DNA of 64,000 nucleotides from Octopus vulgaris (lineage: Eukaryota). A program made the translations under genes and the position numbers. Each line of letters starts with the position of its first letter. Position 1 is the stretch's first letter. The DNA lies in the NCBI GenBank assembly GCA_951406725.2, contig OX597823.1:69006001-69070000 (forward strand), in the 5' to 3' direction. The notes under the pieces were generated by a model, which worked only from the letters and a program-made list of their open reading frames with translations, did not search any database and was not told the DNA's origin. This document shows, piece after piece, positions 38,423 to 50,506 of this stretch.

Positions 38423-39589
38423 TATTAGCAAATTACTGTACTTAGTAAAAGTAAAATGAACTAAATCTAGTCGGATTATCTCATTGCATTTGATGTATCT
38501 TTGTGGCTTTTGTTATGGTTAAATCATTCAATGGAAAATTTGTATTTTATGACTTATTCTATGTGGTATACTCATCCATTTTCAAACTGTTATAACATTC
38601 AAGCTTCAAATGTGACTTTCTGTTTTTAAAGACCACAATATATGTGTAATCTCAGCAAGGATGGTTGCTATTTTTAGCAGGTCAAACAAGCATACAGACG
38701 CTCTTTCATTGGCTCGTTGGTGATGACTGGAGATGATAATTGTAGACAGCTAGATGACACACTCAAAATTATATTTTGCAATAATGGATTCTCAATACCA
38801 ATTTTTGTATTTTAGTATCATTTCAATTGGTTTTGAGTGATGTTAAAAGAAAGTGATAAAATATAAAAAGTTAAAAGCTACACAAACACTGAGGTAGAGA
38901 AATTATTTAAACAATCAAAATGGTAAAGTTCTTCGTCAAAGTGCACTTTTAAAATATTTCTAATATTAAAAAATTATAATGGAAAAAAGCAAACAACCAT
39001 ATATTGATCTTGTGAAGAAAGATAAGTTCAATGAAAAAATGGAAAAAAAAAAATGAAGATTAATGGTGTAGAGAGAAGCAGGAGCTGGAGGAAGGGAGGA
39101 GACTGATGCAGAAAACAAATTTGATAAAATGTATGATATTCTTTTCTTGTGGTAATATGGGTGGAATGGTTTTTCACTTAGTAATATATGTTAGAACAGA
39201 CTTTTATAATTGAATATCTATCTAAACACTCAACTGTTAATTAAACTGAATCATTGTTATCATCATTTTACATCTGCTTTCTATGCTGGCATGGGTTAGG
39301 TGAGTAGTCACAATCTGATTTATTTCATTTTGGGAGCTGTTGGCTTCCATATATTGCTTCTCTTGTACATTATTTGACTAGGATGCATTTTGTTGTAGCA
39401 CCAATACTACAGAGGCTGAATTGCCCTTCCATAAAACATGACTAAAGGGATCTCTCAACACTATACATTATCTGCTCAGTTGCTAACCACATGGGCTGAA
39501 TGCATTTTCTTTAGCTCTAGCATTACTGAGGTATTTTGCTCACCAATCTCTCTAAGGGAGCATGAAAGGTGTGTATGTGTAGCGGGTGG

Positions 39590-39865
39590 ATTATGGATAA
39601 ATTCTTGCACTTAGCAAAACAAAAGAAGCTAAGTTCATAAGAACTACCTTAGACATCTTAGTCTTATTCTCCTATCATAAAACTATTCACATTTATGATA
39701 CTTTACTGGAATATTAACTTGACCCACGGGACTTAACTGGTACTTTATTTCATAAATTCTGAAAACCTAAAAGGCAAGTAAATTTCAGCAGGAATTTGAA
39801 ACCAGAATAGAGACGTCCAAAACCAGAAACTCTAGAGAATTTTGTCCAACACTCCAATAATTCTG
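39590..39865 (+). repeat. Second copy of the 276-bp duplication
   Basis: See 36859-37134. Confidence 0.95.
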
Positions 39866-40820
39866 TCATGACACCAGCACAGGAGAGAATGTTTTGTAAA
39901 GCTTATTAAGATTATCTCAACACATATTCTATAGAAATTTACACAGCACTGACTTTTGTTACAACATTTTGGATATTAAATGTCATAACAAAAATCAGTG
40001 CTGGCTATAGTTATAATTTTTATACCTATATCTGTTCACCGGCAAAGGAATGTAATGGAGAAAAGAGAGGTGTGCGTGAAAGAGGGAGAGAGAATGAAGG
40101 AGAGGAAGAGAGGGGGCACTAAAAGACTAGTATGGATGGGTGAAAGAATCAAGAAAAGTTGATAAAAAGCACGGTTGTTTGGGGTAGTGTTTTGTAGGGA
40201 GTGATTAGCAATTGTGGAGTAGGAAAAAGGTGAGTGTAGGTGATGAGTGTCAATAAAAGTGACCCAAAAGAGAGAGAAAGAGTGAGCGAAAGAGAGATAG
40301 ATAGAGAGAGAGAGAGAGTGTGTGTATGTGTGTGTGTGTGAGTGTGTGACGGCTGGCAGTATAGAATAAAGAGGTTATTAGGTACAGACTGTTTGATGCA
40401 TTTTCATATATATGGTCAAGAGATGGGAAGATATAGTGGAGAGATGAGGATGTTCAGGGTTTAGTAAAGTGCACAAGATTCAGATTGATGAGGATGATGC
40501 AGTCAGCATAGGTAGTGAGGGAATGAGAGAAGGAGTGGTAATAAGGCAGGAGAAAGATGTGAGCAATACCCAAATAAAAGTTGGAAACAAAGATGCAGGA
40601 TGAGGGAAAGCAAATGTGAGCTTTGTAGGGTACAAAATGTATGTGTGCTTGCATGTATGTATGTATGTATGTATGTATGTATTAACTTATATTAAACGTT
40701 TTTATAAGTCAATACCCTGTTCTACTGTGTTAGCAGTGCACTTTATATTACTTGTTAACGTTTTCTCTACAGATATCCTATAGAAATTATAATAAAAAAA
40801 TAATAATAATGAAATTATTG

Positions 40821-40852
<32 letters not shown>

Positions 40853-41662
40853 TGTATGTATGTATGTATGTATGTATGTATGTATGTATGTATGTATGCA
40901 TGTATGTATGTGTGTGTGTATGTATGTATATATGTATATATGTATGTATATATGTGTGCATGTGTGTGCATGTGTGTGCATGCATGTTTTTATGTCTTCC
41001 ATTTTTTAATTATTATAAATCTTCCACTGAGGAGGGAGCCGGTTTCCCACAAAGATACAAGGCTCCATCTTTGGGATGTAGCTAACACAGACAACTTCAC
41101 ATTTGAAAAGATTAGTATAAAAGATGGATTCAGAGAATTATGTGATTATCACAGTAAGCTCTGCATTCAGAATCTGCTATCAGTCTGTAGTAATCAATTA
41201 CAATGTAGCATAACTTAATGTGTCCATGTAATTGAAAAATCCAGAAATCTGAATGATAACTTTTTCAATGAAGAATGAATAAAGCATAAAATCAATAAAT
41301 GTGAGAGAAGATAGATTTATTTATCCATATAACCTTCTTCTTGAATTAATTTCAGAATGCAAAAATTATACATACATGTTTGCACCAAAATGTATGCTTC
41401 GCGTTATGCAATACAATTGTACATACAAAATTAATGCAAACACATGAGATAAGCAGAGCATCATGTTTCATCTCTGATTCATTTATACATGCATTTATAC
41501 AATGCATGTATGTTGATATATTTTTAATGATGGAACTCATTGATAAAGGGTTTTGTACCCAATATATGCATGCTATTACTTATAGCTTTATCTATAAGAT
41601 CCACCGTTAAAAATGAATTATCACATGTCTCTCAAAATTCCTAAATTGCTATGGAATAAACA

Positions 41663-41693
<31 letters not shown>

Positions 41694-41944
41694 TGTATGT
41701 ATGTATGTATATACACACACATACAAACATTTATATATGTGTATATGCATTTGCACGTGCGTGCACGCGTGTGTGTACTAGGAAACCAGTCCATTAGAAA
41801 ATCTCCAGTACAAGAGTTATCTGTTGCTTGCAATAAATACTGGGTGCAAGTAGTGCACTGAGTAAACCAGCTGGAATATTGGCATCTCTTAATGGACAGC
41901 TACATTAAAGTGATCATAACCAATGTCTCTCTTTCTCTCTCTGT

Positions 41945-42398
<454 letters not shown>

Positions 42399-42402
<4 letters not shown>

Positions 42403-43295
42403 TCGTGTTGTGAGTTTAGCCAGTGAAAACACATGCACTATATATTTGGTATTTACTTGTTTCAGCTTTATTTTATATTAATTGTATTTTGGTCAAAGTT
42501 CTTTCATCACACTTCTGTGACCTCATCAGTGGTTCTTTTGCTTCCTTCTTTCTTTTTCGCCTCTCCTTACTAACGATCTGCCATTTTGTATCTTTATTTG
42601 CGCATGTGTATATCTGTGTGTGTGTCTATGATTAGTAAGTGTGTGTCTATGTTTAGTAAATGTGTGTGTGTGTGGGAATGTGTATGGTACCTGCATTATC
42701 AATATGGCTTGTTTATTCACGTTCTTTTAATTTACTTTTATTTATTTTATTCATTTGTTTTTATCTACTTATATTTTCATTCTTTCTTTTTTTTTGCATT
42801 AATTTAATTTTATTTTGTTTATGTATATAATTATGTAATTTCATTTATTTATCTGTGCATTGTATTAGTTTCATATTATTATTAGTTTATGGGTATTGTA
42901 TTCTGTCATAGGTTGTGGTGTGTGTGGGGTGTGTGCTAGAGTTCCATTCTAGTTTTCTATTTAGGCTAGGTTTATCTTCTATTATGCTTTTCCTTAATTT
43001 GTCTAAGCACTGCGTCTGTTCTATGTGTGGACAAGATTTTAACTTCTAAGTTGTTGAGTGAGTCCCCATGTTCCCGCTCAGTGTGCTGGTATTGAACCAA
43101 TGAACTCTTCTCTTCCATAAGTTCCCTCTAAGGCTGATTTACCTGCTCTTCTATGCTCTATGGTGTCTTCCCTACGTATGCCTTGTTTCATTTGCTAAAC
43201 TGGCAACATGACCATCCCCAAATACAACAATATCTGTTTCACCAAACGAATTCACATCAAAAATCTTGAAAAACGAATATATAAATGTAATGTGT
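42399..43295 (-). mobile_element. 5'-truncated Penelope-like element with GIY-YIG remnant, hammerhead and inverted terminal piece
   Basis: Minus strand [34 protein letters not shown] (about 43186-42990); hammerhead 42491-42535; 43190-43292 is the element tail in opposite orientation. Confidence 0.85.
42491..42535 (-). ncRNA. Type I hammerhead motif (Penelope pLTR)
   Basis: GAACCA-CTGATGAG-GTCACA[GAAG]TGTGAT-GAAA-GAACTT-TGACC; stem I imperfect. Confidence 0.65.
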
Positions 43296-43319
43296 ATATA
43301 TATATATATCTCTTTCTTT

Positions 43320-43727
43320 TCTCTTTTACTTGTTTCAGTCATTTGACTGCGGCCATGCTGGAGCACCGCCTTTAGTCGATTAAATCGACCCCGGGACTTA
43401 TTCTTTGTAAGCCCAGTACTTATTCTATCGGTCTCTTTTGCCGAACCGCTAAATGACGGGGACGTAAATATACCAGCCAGCATCGGTTGTCAAGCAATGT
43501 TAGGGGGACAAACACAGACACACAAACACATACACACACATACATATATATATATATACATATATACGACAGGCTTCTTTCAGTTTCCGTCTACCAAATC
43601 CACTCACAAGGCATTGGTCGGCCCGGGGCTATAGCAGAAGACACTTGCCCAAGATGCCACGCAGTGGGACTGAACCCGGAACCATGTGGTTGGTTAGCAA
43701 GCTACTTACCACACAGCCACTCCTGCG

Positions 43728-43731
<4 letters not shown>
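43320..43731 (-). mobile_element. SINE family A, young full-length copy
   Basis: ATAGGCGCAGGAGTGGCTGTGTGG..GGTTCAGTCCC..CTTGGGCAAGTGTCTT..GACTGAAACAAGTAAAAGAG; CpGs retained. Confidence 0.92.
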
Positions 43732-43774
<43 letters not shown>

Positions 43775-44031
43775 TTATATATGTATACTGATATTAATAA
43801 TAATAAAGAGCATGGAGACTATTTGTTATTATTATTAATATTAATAAACACTCCAGACAATTTTTATTGTCCATTGATGAGAACACAGGACTACCCATTG
43901 GAAGAATACATGGAGTGATTTACAACTAAATGTAGTCACAGACATTACATACTGATTGTTGTGGTTAGCAGTTAACCAGAACTTTACTGAGAGCTAATAC
44001 AGTATCCGTTTGGATAGTATATCCCTCCAAA

Positions 44032-44082
<51 letters not shown>

Positions 44083-44467
44083 GAGTGTATTTTACCTTGT
44101 TAACAATTAACACGGAAAAATAAATAAATAGTTACCAGGGCAGCAAAAATCTCACAAGTAAAGATATTCTGTCTTCTCTGCTATTTTTCATTATTTTTTC
44201 TAAAAATACTCTAGTAAACACGGTTATAGAACGAGCATACAGATGTAAGCATTGGCAGAAACATACTTTTAGTGCATATAAGTAGTCTCTATTATTATAT
44301 ATAGTTTAAACTTTAATTTCCTTTATATTTAACATTCACTATTAATATCCCTACTCTTTCTGTTAGCTACTTATGACGTTTTAAACAATATTAATAGCGT
44401 TCTGTCTATCGCTAAACGAATCCATCATTTTTTGCTAAAATGTTGTATTGACGAGTTTCGTTTTTTC

Positions 44468-44554
44468 ACTTTCCCGAAGAGAAGATTGCATTGTTTATAC
44501 CTTTTATTCATTTGAATAAGTATCAGTGGAATTTTCGAAACATATGTAGAAAGT
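44468..44554 (+). ncRNA. Type I hammerhead motif, U4C core variant, long stem II
   Basis: ACTTTC-CCGAAGA-[56-nt hairpin closed by GAAGATT/AATTTTC]-GAAA-CATAT-GTA-GAAAGT; perfect 6-bp stem I, palindromic ACATATGT stem III; lies in TA-flanked insert 44081-44598. Confidence 0.78.
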
Positions 44555-44596
44555 AAAAATACTTGTTTAAACCTGCGTTAACTCCATTTTTTATTC

Positions 44597-44654
<58 letters not shown>

Positions 44655-44865
44655 GACTTTCACACAATGACAAACCAACACTGCCTGTAAAAGACTTGAG
44701 ATCAGGGTTAAATGAAAATACATATAGACAAATCTAGGAATTCCAGGGAAGTGATGTTTATATTTTCAGAAGAAATTAAAAAATGGGTTTTCACTCAAGA
44801 CTTAAAAACTTATTCATTTTCACTTCGATTTTAAAATGAAATAATCAGTTATGTAGCATTCCTCA

Positions 44866-45285
44866 TCACCACCATCATCATCATCGTTTAACATCCGTTT
44901 TCCATGCTAGCATGGGTTGGACGATTTGACTGAGGTCTGGCAAACCAGGTGGCTGCACTAGGCTCCAATCTTGATCTGGCAGAGTTTCTACAGCTGGATG
45001 CCCTTCCTAACGCCAACCACTCAGAGTGTAGTGGGTGCTTTTACGTGCCACTGGCACAAGGGCCAATCAGTCGGTACTGGCAACAGCCATGCTCAAATGA
45101 TGTTTTTTATGAGCCACCTGCACAGGAGTCAGTCCAGTGGCACTGGCAATGACCTTGCTCGAATGTTTTTTCACATGCCACCAGCACAAGTGCCAGTAAG
45201 GTGATGTAGGTAATGATCACACTCAAGTGGTGCTTTTTACGTGCCACCAGCACGGAGGCCAGTTTGTTGCTCTGGCAAAGATCAT
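44866..45285 (-). mobile_element. RTE 3'-end derivative with four tandem modules of about 65 bp
   Basis: Reverse complement of 20340-20595 (GGATGCCCTTCCTAACGCCAACCACTC); TTTACGTGCCAC-like motif at about 45040, 45107, 45170, 45236. Confidence 0.82.
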
Positions 45286-45813
45286 TATTTACATAAAATT
45301 AAGATTCCTAGTTTTTTAACATATCTGACAAAATGTATTAAAGCTTTATGGAATATAGTTACAACCCTTCATTTTCTAAATTTAAATCTCAGTGATGTCA
45401 ACCTTATCTTTCATCGCTTTATGAATTGGAGTACCAGTCACGTACTATAGTTGATTTGATTAATTAAGATCTCCCTTGAAATTTATGGCGTTGTGTCAAA
45501 GCTAAAAATCTATTTGAAATATAGAAAGATATCGATAGCTCAATTAGATGTCTTGCATTATTTGCTCCTGCTACTCTGAATCTGATCACTACTTAGGTTA
45601 AGTTAGCCTGTTATCAAATACTCTACAGTAAATTAAATAAAAATTATTGAGGATATAAATAGGTAAAGTTGTGGTTGTATGTTTAAGATTTTTGCTTCCA
45701 AACTACATGGTTTTGGATTCTGTATTACTGCATGGCACCACATTGAGCAATGACCAAAGCATTATGGGTGGATTTGACGGATGGAAGCCAAAAGAAGTCC
45801 ATCATATACATAC

Positions 45814-46091
45814 AGGAAAAATAGAAATCAAAAATGCACTGAGAATAGTTAAAATACTTTTTATTAATATATTTAAAGCCTTAACCTGTTTCACAGTTTA
45901 CGCTAATTTTCAAAAAGTTCAAATAGAAAGATGTGGCTTATGTCGCAGCTGTCTTGCTTCTGGCTAGTGTTAGAAACTATTTGAACTTTTTTGAAAATCA
46001 GTGTAAACTGTGAAACTGGTTACAGCTTTGAATATATTAATAAAAAAATATTTTAACTATTTTCAATGCATTTTCAGTTTCTATTTTTCCT
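45814..46091. repeat. Inverted repeat, about 112-bp arms, about 51-nt spacer
   Basis: 45814-45925 is the reverse complement of 45977-46091. Confidence 0.88.
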
Positions 46092-46126
46092 ATATTTCTA
46101 CTCGTGTGGAATAAAATCCCTTAGTT

Positions 46127-46171
<45 letters not shown>

Positions 46172-46174
<3 letters not shown>

Positions 46175-46267
46175 AAAGCAGCAAAAATATCACAAAAGCT
46201 GTTACTCAGAGTTTCACATTCCTGAAACTCTGAGTAACAGCTTTTGTGATATTTTTACTGCTTTTTA
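46172..46267. repeat. Near-perfect 96-nt hairpin (45-bp stem, 1 mismatch, loop CATTCC)
   Basis: TAAAAAGCAGCAAAAATATCACAAAAGCTGTTACTCAGAGTTTCA / TGAAACTCTGAGTAACAGCTTTTGTGATATTTTTACTGCTTTTTA. Confidence 0.95.
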
Positions 46268-46507
46268 ATAAAGCATATTACTCTACCTCTGGTAGTGGAG
46301 TACTATTTTTTCCACCATGTTTCGCATTTATGTGCTTACTCTAGTGTGTGTATGTATATATACATATATTTATATAGTAAGAATATTAGGGAGTATGGCT
46401 CCAAACTTACAGGGAAAAAATTAGATTTAGGATTAAATCAAATTTCACAGTATTGAGTTGCCTAATAGTGGTTTTATCTCTAATTTAATATATATATATA
46501 TATATAT

Positions 46508-47552
46508 ATATTGTTATATTTCGGAATGGTCATATTGCCAGTTTAGCCAATAAAAACACACGCACTATATATTTGGTGTTATTTTGCCTCAGTGATATTT
46601 ATTTTTTACATTAATCTTAATCTTATTTCGGCCAAAGTTCTTTCGCCACACTCCTGTGACCGCATCAGAACACGGGGGATCAATCAATAACATAGAGATT
46701 AAGATATTGTCCACACATAGAACAGATGCAACAATTAGACAAATTACAGAAGCTACACATATAATAGAAAATAAACCTAGCCTGAATAGAAAACTAGAAT
46801 GGAGCAATAGCGCACACAACAACATATGACAATAGTGGATCCTGCAAACATAATAAATACACAGGTAATTAAAGAAATAGAAATGAATATCTATATGTGT
46901 ATATATGTGTGTATATATGTATATGTATATGTATATGTATGTATATATATATATGTATATGTATATGTATATGTATGTATATATATATATGTATATGTAT
47001 ATTCTTTTTTTTTTTTTTTTCGATTAGATTTATTATTATTATTACTAATATTGTTGTTATACATACATACAAGCATATGTAATGATAATAATGGGTGGAT
47101 GTAAACACATGAACAAAATTAGAACAAAAGCAACAACAACAAAAACAAAATACAAATTACAAGAATGTATATAACCAGAAGATACAAATATTACAGGCAT
47201 CCCCCCCACACACACTAAATAAACATAGACGCACATAGAGATATAAGCATGCGCAAATGAAGACATACAATAGAAATACAAAATGGCTGACGGTTAGTAA
47301 GGAGAAACACAAGTAAGTGAGAAGAAAACAAAGGACCACTGATGCGGTCACAGGAGTGTGACGAAAGAACTTTGGCCGAAATAAGATTAAGATTAATGTA
47401 AAAAATAAATATCACTGAAGCAAAATAACACCAAATATATAGTGCGTGTGTTTTTATTGGCTAAACTGGCAATATGACCATTCCGAAATATAACAATATC
47501 TGTTTCAACACATGACTTCACATAAAAAATCTTGCACAACAAATATTTAAAC

Positions 47553-47555
<3 letters not shown>
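46508..47555 (+). mobile_element. 5'-truncated Penelope-like element with 161-bp inverted pLTR copy
   Basis: 46668-46829 encodes a GIY-YIG C-terminus ([34 protein letters not shown]); hammerhead at 47333-47377; 46508-46668 is the reverse complement of 47339-47499 (2 mismatches); (TA)n on both sides. Confidence 0.9.
47333..47377 (+). ncRNA. Type I hammerhead motif with A9C change
   Basis: GGACCA-CTGATGCG-GTCACA[GGAG]TGTGAC-GAAA-GAACTT-TGGCC. Confidence 0.6.
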
Positions 47556-47605
<50 letters not shown>

Positions 47606-47620
47606 TAAATAAATAAATAA

Positions 47621-47652
<32 letters not shown>

Positions 47653-47655
47653 ATT

Positions 47656-47726
47656 GGCCAGATAACCGAAGAGATGGTGTTGTGGATTTCCACTTCAGCA
47701 TCCGAAACTCAGAGTTTTATCTTGGC
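47656..47726 (+). ncRNA. Type I hammerhead motif, CCGAAGA core variant
   Basis: GCC-AGATAA-CCGAAGA-GATGGTG..GTGG[ATTT]CCAC..CAGCATC-C-GAAA-CTCAGA-GTT-TTATCT-TGGC; perfect AGATAA/TTATCT stem I; 110-bp insert between (TA)n tracts. Confidence 0.72.
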
Positions 47727-47767
47727 TATTGTATAATTGTCACATATTAATTTACAGATATATATAT

Positions 47768-48824
47768 ACTGCTGGTCCTTCTGTGTCCCTTGGATTATTA
47801 CATTAATGCTCCGCCCAAACCAATTTTGAGGGGCAGAGCATGTTGCCTGTAATATTTTGATTTTGTCCGCCCTCTTATATAACAGCGCGGCCACTACCTC
47901 TACAGGATCTACTTCTGGCGGCACTTCTGCAAGCTTGACCTGGGACGTCCTATGTCCCATATAGGTCGGCAGAAGTACCACCTCCTTAGTTTTTAGGGGA
48001 CTCACAGAATGCCCATAGGCCACCTCTTCCCTCGAGAAGCGGACCTCCACAGTGCCGTATGCCCGTCCCCTATTGACGTACACTATGTCCCTCCAAATTG
48101 GGGACAGGCATTTTTCGATAATATTCTTTTCAAAGTGTTTGAACCTTCTGCTTTCTGGACAGGTTTTAAACACTACGGTCTGCTTCTCGGTCTCCACGAT
48201 ACTAGCGGAGGGTGATATTTTAACATCACCACCCTCCTCTTTCATTCTTTTAAATAGCTCAACGAGCTGATTAACATTAACGTCAGTGTTCTCGGTTGCC
48301 ACTGCGGCAACCGCAAAAAATTTTTTATCTGTGTTGGTACAGCTATCAACGTTGCTCTCCTCAAGAGCACACTTTTCATGAATAATCTCAACAGACATTA
48401 TTCTGTTGAAATTAGTTATACACAACACAAAAATTACAAATACAAATATTGGTTTCCCACAAAACTGGGAAATCTATAAAAAATTTTCCTCCCAAAGCAG
48501 TTCAAAAGCAATTCAAAAATTAAGTTCAATTCCCACCCCTATTCGGGGGAGGGGCACGAAAATAGTCTAGCAAGACTATATACAGTCATGAAGATGTTAT
48601 AAATAAAAAAGCCACAATGGCTAACAGTTCAACAATAACAAATTATCCAATTATTCCCCGGTAAAACCAGGGAACAAGACAGTTCAACGACATTCCAAAA
48701 CAAATCTTCAGTAATAAAATCCAACAAGTAATCCAGATGGTGCGAAGTAATAGTAACAACACAGCAAAACTCTTACTGAGAAGAAAAACACGTCCAAACC
48801 GTAGTAAGGTAAGCAAAGCTACTC
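47768..48824 (-). mobile_element. 5' part (5'UTR and ORF1) of a probable L1/Tx1-like LINE, 3'-truncated
   Basis: ORF 48428-47709 with RRM-like GTVEVRF..LLPTYMGHRTSQVKLAEVPPEV; 5' end AGTAGC...GGACGTG resembles an Inr+DPE internal promoter; coding sequence ends abruptly in (TA)n. Confidence 0.6.
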
Positions 48825-48831
48825 TTCAGTC

Positions 48832-48927
48832 AGTGTTTGAACCTTCTGCTTTCTGGACAGGTTTTAAACACTACGGTCTGCTTCTCGGTCTCCACGATAC
48901 TAGCGGAGGGTGATATTTTAACATCAC
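48832..48927 (+). repeat. Exact 96-bp copy of 48134-48229
   Basis: AGTGTTTGAACC...TTTTAACATCAC identical at both sites. Confidence 0.95.
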
Positions 48928-49259
48928 AGCCACTCCTGCGCCTATGTATGTAAAAATAAATAAATAGATAAATAAATAAATAAAATTCGATATTTAATTG
49001 ACCAGAAGATTGTAGTTTGGCAGAAATATTAAATCGTTGAATTAAATGTCTGATAAATGTTAGTTATCATCTTTTACGTTCCAAGTTCAAATCCCTTTTG
49101 AGATTCATGTTATCTTCTTGTCCTTTTGAGGTTCACAAAATAAAGTTTTAATTAGATTATTGCTGTTGATGTTGTTGCAGACCCAAATCAACTTTTACTG
49201 AGCAATTTTATGTTCAAAAGTATTCTGTTTGATTATCCTGTCTTTTTAATGGCATTTAA

Positions 49260-49478
49260 CCCTTTCGTTACTGTATTTATTTTGAGATGCTCTCTATTTC
49301 TTTCACTTACTTTAAATATAACAAAGAATTTAGTAAAATAACTTAGTTACCATTCAGCTAGTGTTAGGCACACAAATTATGACTAAGGTTTGGTGGAAGA
49401 TTTTAATAAAAAACTTTGAAAACAAGACATTTGTACTCAAAGCCAGAGCCGGTTTCAGCTGGGTTAGTAATGAAAGGG
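49260..49478. mobile_element. piggyBac-type MITE
   Basis: TTAA|CCCTTTCGTTACT...AGTAATGAAAGGG|TTAA. Confidence 0.85.
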
Positions 49479-50506
49479 TTAAGAAAGTATTATCCAATGT
49501 GTTTTTTTCTTGTTTAAGATAAGGGGGTGGATTTGATTTCAGTGAGATTTGGTTACTATTCAAATGACATTAAGTAACTACATAAAAGTGATCTCATTAG
49601 TTTTTTTTATTAGGTTGTAATAGAACAAATGCTCAGAGATTATGATTTTTAGCATATTTTTTTGTTTATTGGTTGGATGTATTGGGGCGGAAAGATGTGG
49701 GTTATCCGTAAGAAAAGAGGAAATAGTGTGATAAAAGTGTTTCTTGATATGGTTAGATCTCCTATACTTTAATTCTTTATTGGAAGCAAATTAATAAAAA
49801 AATATCACAGAATTTACTTTACTTATGAATTTTATGTCTAGGTAGTTCTGTTATGATCAATTTTCCATTATCATCTGACAAACTAAACTGTTGTCAGCAG
49901 AGATATAGAAAATTAACATTGCAACTCATCACGATACATAATATTATATGTTGTATTTAATCTGAAATTTGTATTCATCAATATTTTAGTCATGCAAGAT
50001 ATCTGAACATAGTAGTGATGACTAATATCTCTGATAACTTTTTATTACGCTCATCAATCATACAACATAATTTTTCTTTTGTTTCTTGTAATAAAGTATT
50101 GTGCTCTAAGATAGCAAGTTTTCCAACATTAAGTATTGCTGAGTAAAGGTTGGTTTTAATTGTATCTTCAAGTATCATCATGTTGCTAGAAGCAACTGTT
50201 CTGTTTTACTTTAAGTAGATATTATTTGTCTGTTTTCAGCATGGATTAATTTCAATGTAATCAACAAAACCTTGTTTAGTTTGGGTTTCATGCTATAGAA
50301 TAGCATGATAAATTTTGACAAAACATTTGCTATTTTTGAAATTGCTTAATTAGAAATTATTCTTGTGTTGTTATCTGCATTTCCATATCTTTTTCCTTTG
50401 TTTACAGGTAAATTTTTGATTAACTGAAATATTATGATTATTATTATCATCACAGAGGTAGAAATGCTAGTATTATACTAAAGTTTCCTGTAGTATTTAC
50501 TTCTAC

